Of a stretch of 64,000 bases of DNA, positions 43,030-56,726 are shown piece after piece. The notes below the pieces were generated by a model, which was not told the origin of the DNA, did no database searches, and saw only the letters and a program-made list of their open reading frames with translations. Source of the stretch: the human T2T-CHM13v2.0 reference genome, Homo sapiens; assembly GCF_009914755.1 (NCBI RefSeq), contig NC_060927.1; one strand, written 5' to 3'. The translations under genes were made by a program, and so were the position numbers. Within the stretch, counting starts at the first letter, position 1. Each line of letters begins with the position of its first letter.

Positions 43030-43979
43030 TTTTTTAAGTTCTAGGATACATGTGCAGAATGTGCAGGTTTGTTACATAAGTATACATGTGCCATGGTGGT
43101 TTGCTGCACCTATCAACCCATCATCTAGGTTTCAAGCCCTACATGCATTAGGTGTTTGTCCTAATGCTCTCCCTCCCCTTGCCCCACAACCCCCGACAGG
43201 CCCTGGTGTGTGATGTTCCCCTCCCTGTGTCCATGTGTTCTCATTGTTCAACTCCCACTTATGAGTGAGAACATGCAGTGTTTGGTTTTCTGTTCCTGTG
43301 ATAGTTTGCTGGGAATGATGGTTTCCAGCTTTATCCATGTCCCTGCAAAGGACATGAACTCATTTTTTTTTTATGGCTGCATTGTATTCCATGGTGTATA
43401 TGTGCTACATTTTCTTTATCCAATCTATCATTGATGGGCATTTGGGTTGGTTCCAAGTCTTCGCTATTGTAAATAGTGCTGCAATAAACATACATGTACA
43501 CGTGTCTTTATGGTAGAATGATTTATAATCCTTTGGGTATATACCCAGTAATGGGATTGCTGGGTCAAATGGTATTTCTGGTTCTAGATCCTTGAGGAAT
43601 TGCCACACTGTCATCCACAATGGTTGAACTAACTTGTACGCCTACCAACAGTGTAAAGCGTCCCTGTTTCTCCACAGCCTCACCAGCATCTCTTGTTTCC
43701 TGACTTTTTAATGATTGCTACTCTGACTGGTGTGAGATGGTATCTCATTGTGGTTTTGATTTGAATTTCTCTAATGACCAGTGATGATGATCTTTTTTAA
43801 ATATGTTTGTTGGCCGCATAAATGTCTTCTTTTGAGAAGTGTCTGTTGATATCCTTTGCCCACTTTTTGGTGGGGTTGTTTTTTTTCCTGTAAATTTGTA
43901 TAAGTTCCTTGTAGAATCTGGATATTAGACCTTTGTTAGATGGATAGATTGCAAAAATTTTCTCCCATTCTGTAGATTG
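43030..43979 (-). mobile_element. 5'-truncated L1PA element (ORF2 end + 3' UTR)
   Basis: The minus-strand ORF WQFLKDLEPEIPFDPAIPLLGIYPKDYKS is the L1 ORF2 C-terminus. The L1PA 3' UTR follows, with TSD TGTGGCAAGTTTTT at 43016-43029 and 43980-43993. Confidence 0.93.
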
Positions 43980-44892
43980 TGTGGCAAGTTTTTAAACCTA
44001 TCATAGCACTGGGTTGCAGCCCAGGAGTCTTCCAGACCACTTCCCCCAACTATCAGCTGTTGTGTGCATAGGAATGAGATTACCAAGTTTGAGTACCAAT
44101 TAAAGGAATGCATATTCTATCAGAATCCATATATATATATTCATACAAACATATGTAGGATTCTCAAGGCAGTGTTTTTCAAAATATTTTCAGACTTTCT
44201 CCAGTATTCTTACTAACCAAAACTTGACTCTTGGTTAAACAGTTCCCATTCAGAGTTTTATAAGAAAAGAGGAAAAATGAAATTCTCCTCTTTCTGTGAT
44301 TGAAACAAAAAGACAAACACACTGAAGAAACTGACATAGAAGTAGGTGCTTTAGAGTGAGTGGTTATGTGTTCAGAGAAGCTGTAAGCACAGGAGAGAAG
44401 ACAGTTGGGGAGGTTTGGTCAGAAGTGGAATGGTGGGATGAGCTTCCGAACTCTGCATTTTAGTGAGAGTACAGGATAAATCTGCTGTGTAGGCTGGTGT
44501 TGAGAGTTAGGACACCCTGAACTTGGGGAAGAGCCAGCTATCAGAGATGAAAAAAAACAGTTTGGGACATTTTCAGAATAGATATATTTCTTGAGTATCT
44601 AAATGGGTGGACGGTAAGAGATCCGACTTTTACTCTTGTTTTCCAGGAGTTATGGTTTGAGAATTATGTGTAGGATCTTCGGGCAAATTTTCATTGCCTT
44701 GTAGTATAAAAGGATTCTTAATAAATATTTGTTGAGCTGAGGATAATGGGGAGCAGGAAGGGTCAAACTTGAACCAGTGTTGCCTGTGGAAAATGGGTAG
44801 CTGTTGAGTGATGGTGTGGATCCCAGATCAGACCCTCAAAGGCCAGGGGAGGTCTTTCTGGGAGAGGAAAAGAACCTGGAGTTACCCTAGGG

Positions 44893-44894
<2 letters not shown>

Positions 44895-44944
<50 letters not shown>

Positions 44945-45043
44945 TATATATATAATACTCTCTTCCACCACTCATAAAGTATATATATAAATATATATAT
45001 ATATAAATATATCATATGCACACACACACACACACACACACAC
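44895..45043. repeat. (TG)n - (TA)n - (CA)n compound microsatellite
   Basis: About 24 TG units, then TA-rich sequence, then about 12 CA units. Confidence 0.93.
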
Positions 45044-45077
45044 TTTCCCACCACTCAGAAATATATTTCATTTTATT

Positions 45078-45372
45078 TACTTTTTTTTAAGACAGGGTCT
45101 CACTCCATCTCCCAGATTAGAGTGCGGGGATGCAATCATAGCTTCCTATAGCCTCAAACTCCTGGGCTCAAGCAATTCCCCTGCCTCAGCCTCTCAGGTA
45201 GCTGGGACTACAGGTGTACACCACCATGCCTGGCTAATTAAATTTTTTTTTTCTAAGGTTGGGATCTTGCTTTGTTGCCCATGCTGGTCTTGAATTCTTG
45301 GCCTCAAGCAATCCTCCTGCCTCAGAGTCCCAAAGCACTGTGATTACAGATGTGAGCCTCTGTGCCCAGCCT
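45078..45372 (-). mobile_element. AluJ-like
   Basis: Antisense Alu with GAAATATATT on both flanks. Confidence 0.88.
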
Positions 45373-45937
45373 GGAAATATATTTTAACTGGTGTTCACTG
45401 AAGATGGCCTTTAGCTATCACTTTTTTAAAAGGCTTTATTTTTAAAATAATGTATCTTTTAATAAATCAAAAGCTTCTTATGTATCAATAGCCCAATCCG
45501 GTAATACTTATTTTATTATTGGTTAGTTCCCATGGGAACAGGGAATTTGTTAGTTCACTGGACATCTCAAGGTTCCAGGATACAGAGTGTGTCCAATAAT
45601 GTTTGTTGAATAAAGAATGACCTAGATGGCTGAAGTGTTTCTGGTGTGCTAGAAGGGGTCAGTAAATTTTGGAAACTTTGCTAAACCCTTTCAGGAAAAT
45701 GTGTAAGAAATTATCTTACCTTTTCTTTTGTTAGCTATGAGCCCTTGCCATGTGTTTCTGAGCCTTAATATCTTTACCTATAAAATGGAGCTAATGGCAT
45801 GTCCTTCTTGGGATAACTGTGAGGATTATAGAAGATAATATGTAAAATGACTGGCATATGTACATTCTCAATACAAAGTTAGTAGGGGTGATGATTGTTA
45901 CTGCTATTGGTGCTAAAGATACAGACTGCTAAAAATA

Positions 45938-46522
45938 CAGTCAATTCTCATTATTTTTGTTTTATAAAGCTGCTACAAATACCGAATTAGCAAATACTGA
46001 ATGATTACTACTAGGGAAATACAGGATAAGTTCCTTAGAGCCTCTGGTCGCAACATTTAATCAATCTATCAATACATAACTTTGTTTTATGTGTGTTTCT
46101 GTGTAAAGACACATTATTTAATATATATTGTTGATTCATTAACGTTGAACTTGTGGCCAGCAGCACTATAACCTGACTGACTTAGGAACACTAGACAGCA
46201 CTTTCGCACTAAACTTTGGTGCCATACTGAATAGAGGAGTCACCAACAAAAACACACAAAAGTGCAAAAAATGTGGCACTACATAGACTGTGAAAAGGAC
46301 ACTTTTTTACAATATGATGTGAGAGCTGAAATGAGAAGGCAGACCAATACCTTATTTAACCTCAATTGGTAACGTGCATGTTGGGGGACTCAAACTTCTT
46401 GCTGTTCTGTGCACGTGATTGACTGTAAAAACTCTGAGAATGTTGATTTTGGGTTTACAAATCAGTTTTAGTGAGTAGGTGAATTTGAAAGTGGAGAATC
46501 CATGAATAATGAGGGTTGACTA
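45938..46522. mobile_element. MER82-like TcMar-Tigger element
   Basis: TA|CAGTCAATTCTCATTATT ... AATAATGAGGGTTGACTA|TA terminal inverted repeats with TA TSD. Confidence 0.8.
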
Positions 46523-46559
46523 TATTAAAAACTGTTTTCTTGCATCTGTATTTCTCTAG

Positions 46560-46978
<419 letters not shown>

Positions 46979-47195
46979 CTGATCTCTCATTTTTATCAGT
47001 TTGTTTGCCAATAAAAATGGCCCATCACTTCCAGATCTTTAAAGTTGACTGAGGCTTCACTGTTCAGATATGGTAGAATTTTGACAGATTTTTAATCATT
47101 CTTTAATAAGGTGGAGTGTGAGGTTGGGGACCCAGGAAAAGACCACAGAGAGATTATGGACCATTGCTGAAAAATCCAGCAAAAAGCAGTAGGAT

Positions 47196-47652
47196 TGACA
47201 GAGGGCAGGTGAGCCCCCAGATTGGGGCCTAGCCTGGGAGGGTTCTTGGCATTGCTCAGGAAAGAGTTCAAGAACGAGCTGGTGGTGGAAGAATGCAGGT
47301 CTAGTGAAGCAACAGTGTACAACAGAGTACCTGCTCCTTGCAGAGCAGGGCTAACCCATAGACATGCACCCAGAGTAGCAGCGTATGGACTGTAGACTGG
47401 CAGTATTTATACCCACTTGGAATTACATGCAAATCAAGGTACAGGTTACTCAGAAATCTCTAGAAAAAGGGTGGTAACTTTTGGGAGTTGCCATGGCATT
47501 TGTAAAGTGTCATGGCACTGCTGGGAGTGTCTTATACTGATGAGCAGTGAGGGCACCTAGAGGTTGCCTTTGGTGCCATTTGCTAGTTCTGGTGGGTTTC
47601 TTCATTTCTTCCTGTGGAGACCAGGAAATAAGCGCTGGTAGTCTCTACTTCA
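47196..47652. mobile_element. Solo ERV1 (MER4-group) LTR
   Basis: TG...CA termini with 4-bp TSD GGAT (47192-47195, 47653-47656) and GGGAGGGTTCTTGGC...CAGGAAAGA(G)TTCAAG motif. Confidence 0.75.
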
Positions 47653-50282
47653 GGATGGCTTAGAAATTCTGGTGTAGGCAGTTTTTGAGGTAACCAGGCT
47701 CAGCTTACTCAGGGCCTAGAGGATAAAGGTGATGATTTTGACTTTTGCAAGCATTGGAAATTAGCATATTATAGTTATCAGAATGGTCATTATTGTAAAC
47801 ATTAACTGAGTACTTGTTGGGATTGCTTGGAATTCTTTTAGAAAGAAGGAGAAAAAGAATTGGTTTCAGTAGGTTCTGTACTTTCAAGTTACATAGCAGA
47901 TAGATCACACAATTTAGTGACAACAGAGCACAAAGAACAATAATAATAACAGTAGCATCTAGCATTTTTAAAGCCCTCTTTACAGATATGCCTTGTGTTA
48001 GTGCTTTAGCCTATCTTTTATATATTTCTATAGTATTCTTACAGATTATACTGGAGTTAAGGAAGGTACCTATGTAATTAAAAAAAATTCTTTCTGTGTT
48101 AGAAAAGTGAAGAAACAGAAACATCAGGAATTAATAATTTACATCTAGGTGAATTATAAACATAGTAAGGCACTTACTATCTACCAGGTACAGTATTTAA
48201 GTGTTTTATATAATATAATTCTAATATGAGGTAGATAGGATCCCATTTTATAAATGAAGAAACTTGTGCTTGTCTGTTTTCTGTCACTTGTCTATCTTAA
48301 GTTACTCAAATAAGGTTGAACCGCGATTCAAACTGAGGACTGTCTGACTTCAAAGCTCACTCTCTTATTCACCATGCTGGCAGTGGTTTCCATGTATTTT
48401 GGTGTTCGGAGGTTTGGAGGGAGAGGCAGGAGTGATCAGGAGTGACAACTTATGTTGATTTTTGAATGGAAAGGAGACTAGGTTTCTTATGAAGTAAAGG
48501 CAGAAGACTCAGGGTGTGGTTGCACATTCAAATCCAAAACAAATAGTTATATCTATTAAAGGTGCTCACAGCATGCCTGTCTGCATAGTCCTTTGTTTCT
48601 AAAGCTGCTTCTGAAGGAGGAAAGGAGGTAGGCTGTGAATCCTCCAAGAAAGGTAGGAAAAGATGGGATGGTGGATACTTAATCATTCACAAGGGTGTGG
48701 TATATAAGTAAGTGGTAGATTTTCCTAATTTCTTATTAATAATCTTCAAATGTTGCTACTTGATGACATCAAGTTGTCTTGTCTACATACCCATCCTTGT
48801 GTTCTACTACTGAACATGAACATGTAGCTCATAACATCTGGATGTTTTTCACTCATCTCTTTTTCCCTCTCTCTTTTTTCTGCTAACCTGACTTGTTGAT
48901 TGCTATTTTTGTGTGTCTTCATAAATTTATAGCCAGTCTGTTCCATTCTGGACTGTTTATCTTTGGCATGCCAGAGGTCTTTAAACATCATAATGTTGTG
49001 TAATGAGCATAACTTCTGCCTTGACTTGTGGGTGTTAAGAGCATTAGTCAGTGCAAAGTATTGAGTTAAATATTTTCAATAAAAGGATATAATGATCTAG
49101 CAGAGAAGAAGTTATAAAAAATCCTAGTTAATGGCTTTAATGGTGAGCCATATATTTAGTGGGTTCTATCAGTGATGAGTTAGAGATTCACAGAATGAAT
49201 GTAAAAGCATTCTTACTTTTAATTAATGAGAGAGGAGAAAGAAAAACAATAATAAGAAAAAAAGGACTTGATTCTCATCCATACCAAGAAAAGTGTAAAC
49301 ATCCAAGTTCCCAGTGATTCTAACCCTGATTCATTACCTTGCATGTGTCTTTAACTACCACAAGAAATGTTTAAGATTTCCATTGAGATATTATCGACAG
49401 GGACTCCTGGGCTGCATCATAAGCCTGATTGAAAGCCTTTAGCCTTGTAATGATCTCTTTTTGGAGGACAATCAGGGAATTCTTTGCACCTTTATCAGAG
49501 AGTCAGGGCTTTCCTGAGCAAACAAACTAGGTCTTTACCTATGGAGCTGATTTTATGAAGAGTTTTGGTCAGCATTAGTCATTGTGAAACCATGGGCCTC
49601 CTGCCCTGGTTTATCTCGACAGTCATCTCCCTACAGCAGAAGATTGAATCCTCATCTCTCCATGAGTCTGAGCATCTAAAGATGTTAGAGGTACATTGGT
49701 TTGATTCTTGCTGGGGAATGTGTAGTGGGTACTGGTCTTCTGGGAATAGTGTCTAGATGAATGTTTAATAATCAGTTTAATAGGTTGATGGGCTGTCTTA
49801 TTTCCTGGGGTTGGAGGTTTAAACCAGGACACCCTGTGCTAACTCTGCTCTTTACCTTGCCAGCAATCCTCAGTCGTCCTGGTAAACAACCTCTGAGTTA
49901 AATACCTTTTCTTTTCTGGAGAGGTTACCAACAAAGGAAAAGGCTTTGATGTCAGAACAGGGGGCATAAACAGTGTTTATGGCTGCTGTTAAAAATTTCT
50001 CATCTGGGTATTTTCAAAAGAATTCCAAGTCAAAATATATCACTTATGGGAAGTATCTTCTTTTCCAATATGATATCTTATGAAGTTGATAATTATTTTC
50101 ATGGTTTAAGTAGTAATTGATGACATTTTGGGGGTTGGAAGATTTGTGGGAAGGAGGACATAGATTTTCATCAGATGTCCTTGCGTCCTTTCCTTGCGAG
50201 GATTATTGATCTCTAGTCTTCATATGTAAGGTGTTGAATTTATTTAATGTTATTAACTGAATCTATAGATAAAGAGGTAGTT

Positions 50283-50700
50283 TTGGAGCCAAGTAACCTG
50301 TTGATGTAAAGTCTATTTTACCTTTTATGATTACCATCTAGCACCTCCCTCCTTCCTGGCTGAATTCCCTGTCATTTTAAGTAGGCAGCAATTACTGGTT
50401 TGCTAAAGAAGCCAGCTCCTGCTGCCAAGGATCCTGTTAATTATCACTCTATCTCTAATTTAGCCTTCCTAGTGTTGAGAGAAGGTGCACGTAAGCGTGT
50501 GGCAGAACGTCTGCAATCGCATCTTTGTAATAATCTCCTTTCTGAGACGGTTCAGTGGACTCAATGTTCCGCCAAAGGGCCAAGGCAGCCCTGGTGAGTG
50601 TTTTCAGCTCTCTTCTGTAGCTTGTTTGGTCAGTCGAGTTTGGTGTGATTGTCCTCTCCTTTTGCTTCTGACCTAAGTAAAAGCTAATGGTTGGCATTAA
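50283..50700 (+). mobile_element. Ancient L2/CR1-clade LINE ORF2 reverse-transcriptase fragment (degenerate)
   Basis: Translation across frameshifts: ILPFMITI / SLLPG*IPCHFK*AAITGLLKKPAPAAKDPVNYHSISNLAFL...VAERLQSHLCNNLL / AKAALVSVFSSLL / LLLL-DLSK. This is colinear with the LINE RT motifs SLSTG-FP--FK-A-V-P-LKK...NYRPIS-L-FL...TETAL--V...LDLS-AFD. Confidence 0.7.
50455..50593 (+). other. MITF: Candidate non-coding alternative first exon just upstream of exon 1C; start approximate
   Basis: Consensus donor CTG|GTGAGT after 50593, 150 nt upstream of the 1C ATG, with local CpG enrichment. Consistent with my recollection of an annotated non-coding first exon near 1C. Confidence 0.55.
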
Positions 50701-50742
50701 TCTTGGGAATTCAGACCTATTCCGCTCCATCTCTGAAGTCAA

Positions 50743-50843
50743 ATGGGACACCTTGAAAATACTTCAGTGGTTTTCCCACGAGCTATTTTCTCTCTCTGTG
50801 AAAAGGAAACCAGGAAATTGACTCTGTGCCTGTTTTCAAGAAG
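50743..50843 (+). CDS. MITF: MITF isoform C, coding part of alternative first exon 1C
   Basis: ATG at 50743 translates as MGHLENTSVVFPRAIFSLCEKETRKLTLCLFSR, the recognised MITF-C N-terminus. The donor AAG|GTAATA (GT at 50844) is phase 2, the same as exon 1A, so it can splice to the same common exon. Confidence 0.92.
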
Positions 50844-53111
50844 GTAATACAGATGATAACCAAAGTACCTCAGTTTACAGGTTCTTATATAGCATGTTTT
50901 TTAAGGGATGTCAATCTTTATATCGTATGAAATCTTTGGTTCTTGTTCATAAATGGCTAGATTGCTTTCTGTTTGTTTTCGGAAATGTTCAGTTCACTTG
51001 TTTCAGTGAACATTTTTTCAGAAGTTCCACTGGATCATTTGATTAGGTTTGGAGTGCTTATGCTTCCTTTTCCACTTTTTATGTTATTTTTGGCAGTGTT
51101 GGTATTTGAAGCTGTAGAAGTGATTCACTGCAAAGTGCATTAATTTTCCACATTTCCAAATGCATTTTCCAGTGGTCCCCAAATTTCTTTTCCTCTTCTC
51201 AGATGATTCTGCAGTTGTCCTTCTGTCATTCTGCTGGCTCAAACATAAATGCTGATGTCACTGAATTTCTTAAATTACAGCTGGTGGGGATTAACAGAAA
51301 TTGTAAAAGAATACCACTTCCTCATTTTGCTATTTTCTTGACTAATTATTGTCTTTTCAAGTACTGTAGGAACATAGGGATTTGAAAATGAATTCTTTGT
51401 CTTGCAGTTTAAACAGCAATTTTCCTTTTCCTTTTTCTGTTATACTTCAAAAATAATGTAGCGCTTAGGATGCTTTTCTGATGTGCCCTTTAATAACCCC
51501 AGACAGAGGAGTCTCACTCCTGATTTTGCACTTTGGACTGTCTTCTACCCTGGGTGAAGGGTTTTGAATACTTCCCTTAAGTAAGTTTCCTTATATAGAA
51601 TATTTTTACTCAACAGTTTTTCTCCGACTCAAGGCCGTTACTGGTATTATGTGAAAGGTTGTGATTAATTTATTTGTTTGTTCAGAGCCTTTGCTCCTTT
51701 AAGGAATGCTTAGCTCTGTCCTCATCATTTTCTTGTTTAGGATCTGTGTTATTTGTGACAATTTTGATTGCTCCAGCCCTCTACACATTAATTTTTCTGG
51801 CTTGCCTCTCCTTGTTTTAACAGTGGGAGTCTGGGCCTCAGGCTTTCTTATCACTTGGTTTGTGGTTTGAGTGATGGTTCCATGAACCTTTTCCTGGGAG
51901 TTCTCTGGGCTCCTGTGCTGGACGCTGGAAGCCATCTGGAAGTGTGCACACAGGATGGCTGGGTGCTGCTGGGTGGTATTGATTGAACTGCAGTCCCGTG
52001 GAAACAGAAATAGAAAGGGTTCAGCATTCCCACTTTCCTCTGGTGGCATTTTTGCTTATTTTGTGTATTTAGAAAAGGTAGCCATATGCAAACTGCTGAC
52101 TTACTATTTTCCCTGGAATGGAAACCATTTGGATTATTTCAATGAGTTTTAGCGAAGATTTGTTTGTTCACAGTATTAGTTTTGTTTTCTGGTAGCCTGT
52201 TTAGAATAAGACCAGAATGTGTCTTTTTACTTTATGGAAATGAGTGCTTACTTGGTGTTTGGAATTTTGCAAACCAACATGAATTTGAAAAGTCATATGT
52301 TTATTCCAGAGTCAAAATAGAAACTCTTTAGTGAAAATTATAGATATTTCCATCTTGGATCATTTACTTTCTGTGAAAAATTTTTTTTTGACAAAATTGT
52401 TTAAGATTTCAGAGGAACCTCTTTTCCTGGTTAATTTTCCCACAAATTAATTTCCCTCATTTTTAAAAAGAAAAATAAGATTAAACTGAAGAATTGCAGA
52501 CCAAGCTCATATGTGCTGGAATATTTGCTGTAAGCTGGTGACTGATTCTTTGCTGTTATCTTTCATAAGAGAGTGGATTTAGTTTAACTGTTAGTAGTTA
52601 AGGTTTGGATTAGGAATACAAATATGATTCCCTTACCATAAGACCTTTTAAGCACTGATTTGCATTGCTGAGGATAAGTTATGATTATTCAGTCTCGGGA
52701 AAATTTGTATTATAAGATCCATATACACTTAGCCAACATTGCCTTCTAACATTGCAATGATAAGTTCTTTTAATTGAGATTTTGGAATGGTATAGCTATC
52801 TGGAAAATATTTCAAATGTCATTGTGGAGCTTTTGGTTAAATGTGAGTTTTAAAAGTTTGATAAATAGAATAAAGAGCGGAAAGGAAAAATAGTTATGAA
52901 TTTGTTGAATTGTTTGGGCTATGAGTTATCTTTTTAAAAAGAGGTTTTATGTTTGTGTAGAAAATGCCACTAAATATAAGAAAATGGAAGTTTAATAGTT
53001 GAACAAGGTAAGAATTGCAGATATCATGAGATTGTAATTTAACTGGAGTATGCATTAAATGAATTGTATATTTCACTAGCTTGGTGACCATGAATGGTTT
53101 TGTTTGTCATT

Positions 53112-53275
53112 TTATCTTTCTTTTCTTTTCTTTCTTTTTTTTTTGAGATGGAGTCTCTTTCACCCAGCAGCACGATCTCAGCTCACTGCAACCTCTGCCT
53201 CCTGGGTTCAAGTGATTCTCCTGCCTCAGTCTCCTGAGTAGCTGGGATTACAGGTGTGCACCACCATGCCCAGCT

Positions 53276-53310
<35 letters not shown>

Positions 53311-53428
53311 TAGAGATGGGGTTTCACCATGTTGGCCAGGCTGGTCTTGAACTCCTGACCTCTAGTGATCTGCCTACTTCGGCCTCCCAAAGTGTTGGGA
53401 TTACAGGCGTGAGCCACCGCACCTAGCC
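53112..53428 (-). mobile_element. AluS with expanded central T-tract and a small deletion
   Basis: Antisense Alu with about 30 T in the linker. Confidence 0.9.
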
Positions 53429-54221
53429 TCTTTATCATTTTGTCTTATCCCAGTAAATACCATCATGCTGGACCTTGTATTAAAAAAATGTTGAATCAAT
53501 GAATGAGTGAATGCACGTTTTGGGAGGCCTGGTTGCAGACCTATCTGTGCTGCTACCTACTCATATGACCCTGTGGGTCTGTCTCCCGCTATATACAATG
53601 AAGGCTAAAGATGGGATCAGGGATAAGTATGTGGGATTGTGTTGCTCCCTCCTTCTGCTGCAGTACGGTAGATATTGCCAACTGTCACTTCACTCTTTCC
53701 TGTGAACCCAGGAGGAGCCTTGGGCCTTTCTGAATTTAGTGCATCAGGCTCCCATGACTCACCGTAGATACAAGAGTTAAAACTTACTGTACCTTCTCCT
53801 TTTGGATTTGGTCCCTGAAGCCCAATTACAAATAGGCAATATTCTATGATGTTTCTTGGTCAGCAGATGTTCATTTAAACAATAGAGACAACAGCATGCA
53901 CCATTATCCCTCCATTCAATAATTTTTCTGGTAGATTTAGCAGATATATTAATAGATAGAACTTAATGAATGGGTCTAGACAGTATTCTTCCAGTGGAGT
54001 AAGATATGAAGATATAATTAGATTAGCAGAGTTTTTCACTTTTACTCTCCAAAGCACATGTCTCCATCTGGGGCACAGTTATGGAGCACCTCCTGTATGC
54101 CAGCACTATGCTACTGATAAATGGCCAGCCTGTAATTCATGGGCTCTGCCTTCTTGTAACTCAAAGTGACATAAGTATGATGCTAGGTCTGTAATTATTC
54201 CTTTAAAGACAAAAGATGGAG

Positions 54222-54608
<387 letters not shown>

Positions 54609-56371
54609 CTAAGCACGGAGTGTGGCTGGAGCACCAGGGAGTGCGGCCAGCTTCATACAGAGGAATAGTGCTCTGGCTGCCAAATGAAGAATGGGTTGGA
54701 GGGTGGCCAGGGCTGGTGTCACAGAGGCCAGTTAGGATGGTTCCAGCTGAACTGTCTTTGTGAGGAACGATGATACACATGCATCGTTCAGCCCTGAAGA
54801 TAGGTTGTGATTGCAAGAGGGTAAAAACCTTGTTAAAGATTTCAAGGACAGTGAGGACAAAAGTAAGGCTATATGTAAACTGCTTACTGCTGACAATAAA
54901 GTGACTGCTTGTTCATTTCTTTATCATGTAGGTGGATGCCTGTTCTGTACCAAGCACCTGGAAAATACAATCATGTGTAAAGTAGACATGGTCTCTGCCC
55001 ACAATCAAGCAAAAAGAAAATGATTGATTACTAAGTAGTCTTTATAAGGTGCATGAGCAAAATTCTTAGGGTCCATGCTCTCCACAGATTCCCCTCCTTT
55101 CCTGAAGTTAATTTATAGTCTGACAACATGTTCTCTGCTTTCTATAGGAAATTTTGGAGGATAAAGTTAGATAAGAAGATAAACCTCAAGGTCTGTGCCT
55201 TATATGGAGCATGCTTGCATGTACACACACAGACACATGCTCACATACACACCTTCCTCCCCTAATAAAAGACACCTGTCTTCACTCCATAGATTGACAA
55301 GCATCTAGAATAAGGCATATGAGGATTCCCATAAGTAAATCTGCTCCAAGAAAAGTTCTAGATATCTTCTCATATTTTCTGAACATGATATTTTACATGG
55401 AAGAATCCGGGCTGTTGAGTTCCTGATCCAAGAAGAAAAGTCTTCCATACATAATTTGGCTTTGGTGGCTGCTTCAGATTAGCCATTCTATCTGTGTTCC
55501 AGGTTATTACCGGTGTTTGGAATTCATGTGCAGAAGCAAGAATTTGCCTTGAGGCAGCAAGACTGGTAGACACTAGATAAGTGGCTTATTTTAAAGTGAT
55601 GTTTTGGTACAGAAATGGCAGTAACAACAAATTCCTCCCCCTAATAGAAATCTTCCTCACATTCCCTATCCAACCCAGAATCATTTATAATAATGTGGAG
55701 TCAAAATTCAGCTGAATGGGTTTGATACAAATTCCTAGGAAGCCATTGTAAGTTCAAGCACTGTGTTTTAAAGATGAAGCATTCAAATTTATTAGGATGG
55801 TAATTGCAGCTGATGTAGGTGGGGAGGGCATGTGTCCCATTTTGCATGATTTGGAGAGGCAATAGCTTGTTGAGACTAAAACTCTGGAGTAGGACTGTTC
55901 TAGGTTTGAATCTCAGCTGCACTGATTGGTGGCTGTGTGAGTTTGGGCAAATCACTAAGATTCTCTCTTCACCTGTAAAATGAAGTAGTGGGTAAGCATG
56001 TAAGTCCTTTGTTAAATTTGCCAAGGTTTGAGTCTTTGTTGTACTACTGTATGACATTGAGCAACTTGTTCTCTTTATATCTTGGATTTCTTATCTGTAA
56101 AATAATAATAACAGTAATAATAACAATAATGATGATGATAATAATAATTATGGTCCCTACCTCATAAGGATGTGGCAAGAATTAAATGAGATTATGCACA
56201 CATAGGGTTTTCATCTTGGTAGTCTGGCACCTAGTTAGCACTCATATCTTACTCAACTATTTTTCCTGCCATCATTATATTGAGCTTTCTAAAAATTATT
56301 ATTTTTTGACTACTTATTTTGTTCTTTCTGAAAGTTAGGGCTTCACAAAGTGTAGTCGTTGCTATGTGATT

Positions 56372-56676
56372 TCTTTTTTTTTTCCTTTTTGATACGGGGC
56401 CTTGCTGTGATGCCCAGGCTGGAGTACAGTGGCTATTCACAGGTGCAATCCTAGTACTAACCAGCACGGGAGTTTTGACCTGTTCCATTTCTAACCTGGG
56501 CTGGTTTACCCTTCTTTATGCACCTTGGTGGTCCCCTAGGAGGTCACCATATTGATGCCGAACTCATTGCACTCACCAGATCAGCAAAGTGCACTACAGC
56601 CCGGAACTCCTGGGCTCAACTGATCCTCCTGCCTCAGACTCCTGAATAGCTGGGACCACAGGCATGTGCCAGTGCC
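56372..56676 (-). pseudogene. 7SL (SRP RNA) processed pseudogene
   Basis: Alu-like ends flank the 7SL S domain that Alus lack (CAGCACGGGAGTTTTGACCTG; GGAGGTCACCATATTGATGCCGAAC). The poly-T tail is at 56372-56390. Confidence 0.9.
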
Positions 56677-56726
56677 TTTTCTTTCTTTAAACTGGAGACT
56701 CAATAATGCAATTTCTGAATTTGGGG

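Noticed and set aside
50400-50597. 65-aa ORF as an expressed RT-like protein
   Set aside because: It starts at TTG, has in-frame stops just upstream and frameshifts downstream; a fossil, not a gene.
51955-52077. ATG-initiated frame ending at AAG|GTAGCC as another MITF first exon (e.g. 1Mc)
   Set aside because: Weak donor in phase 0 rather than phase 2, and the peptide is not one I recognise.
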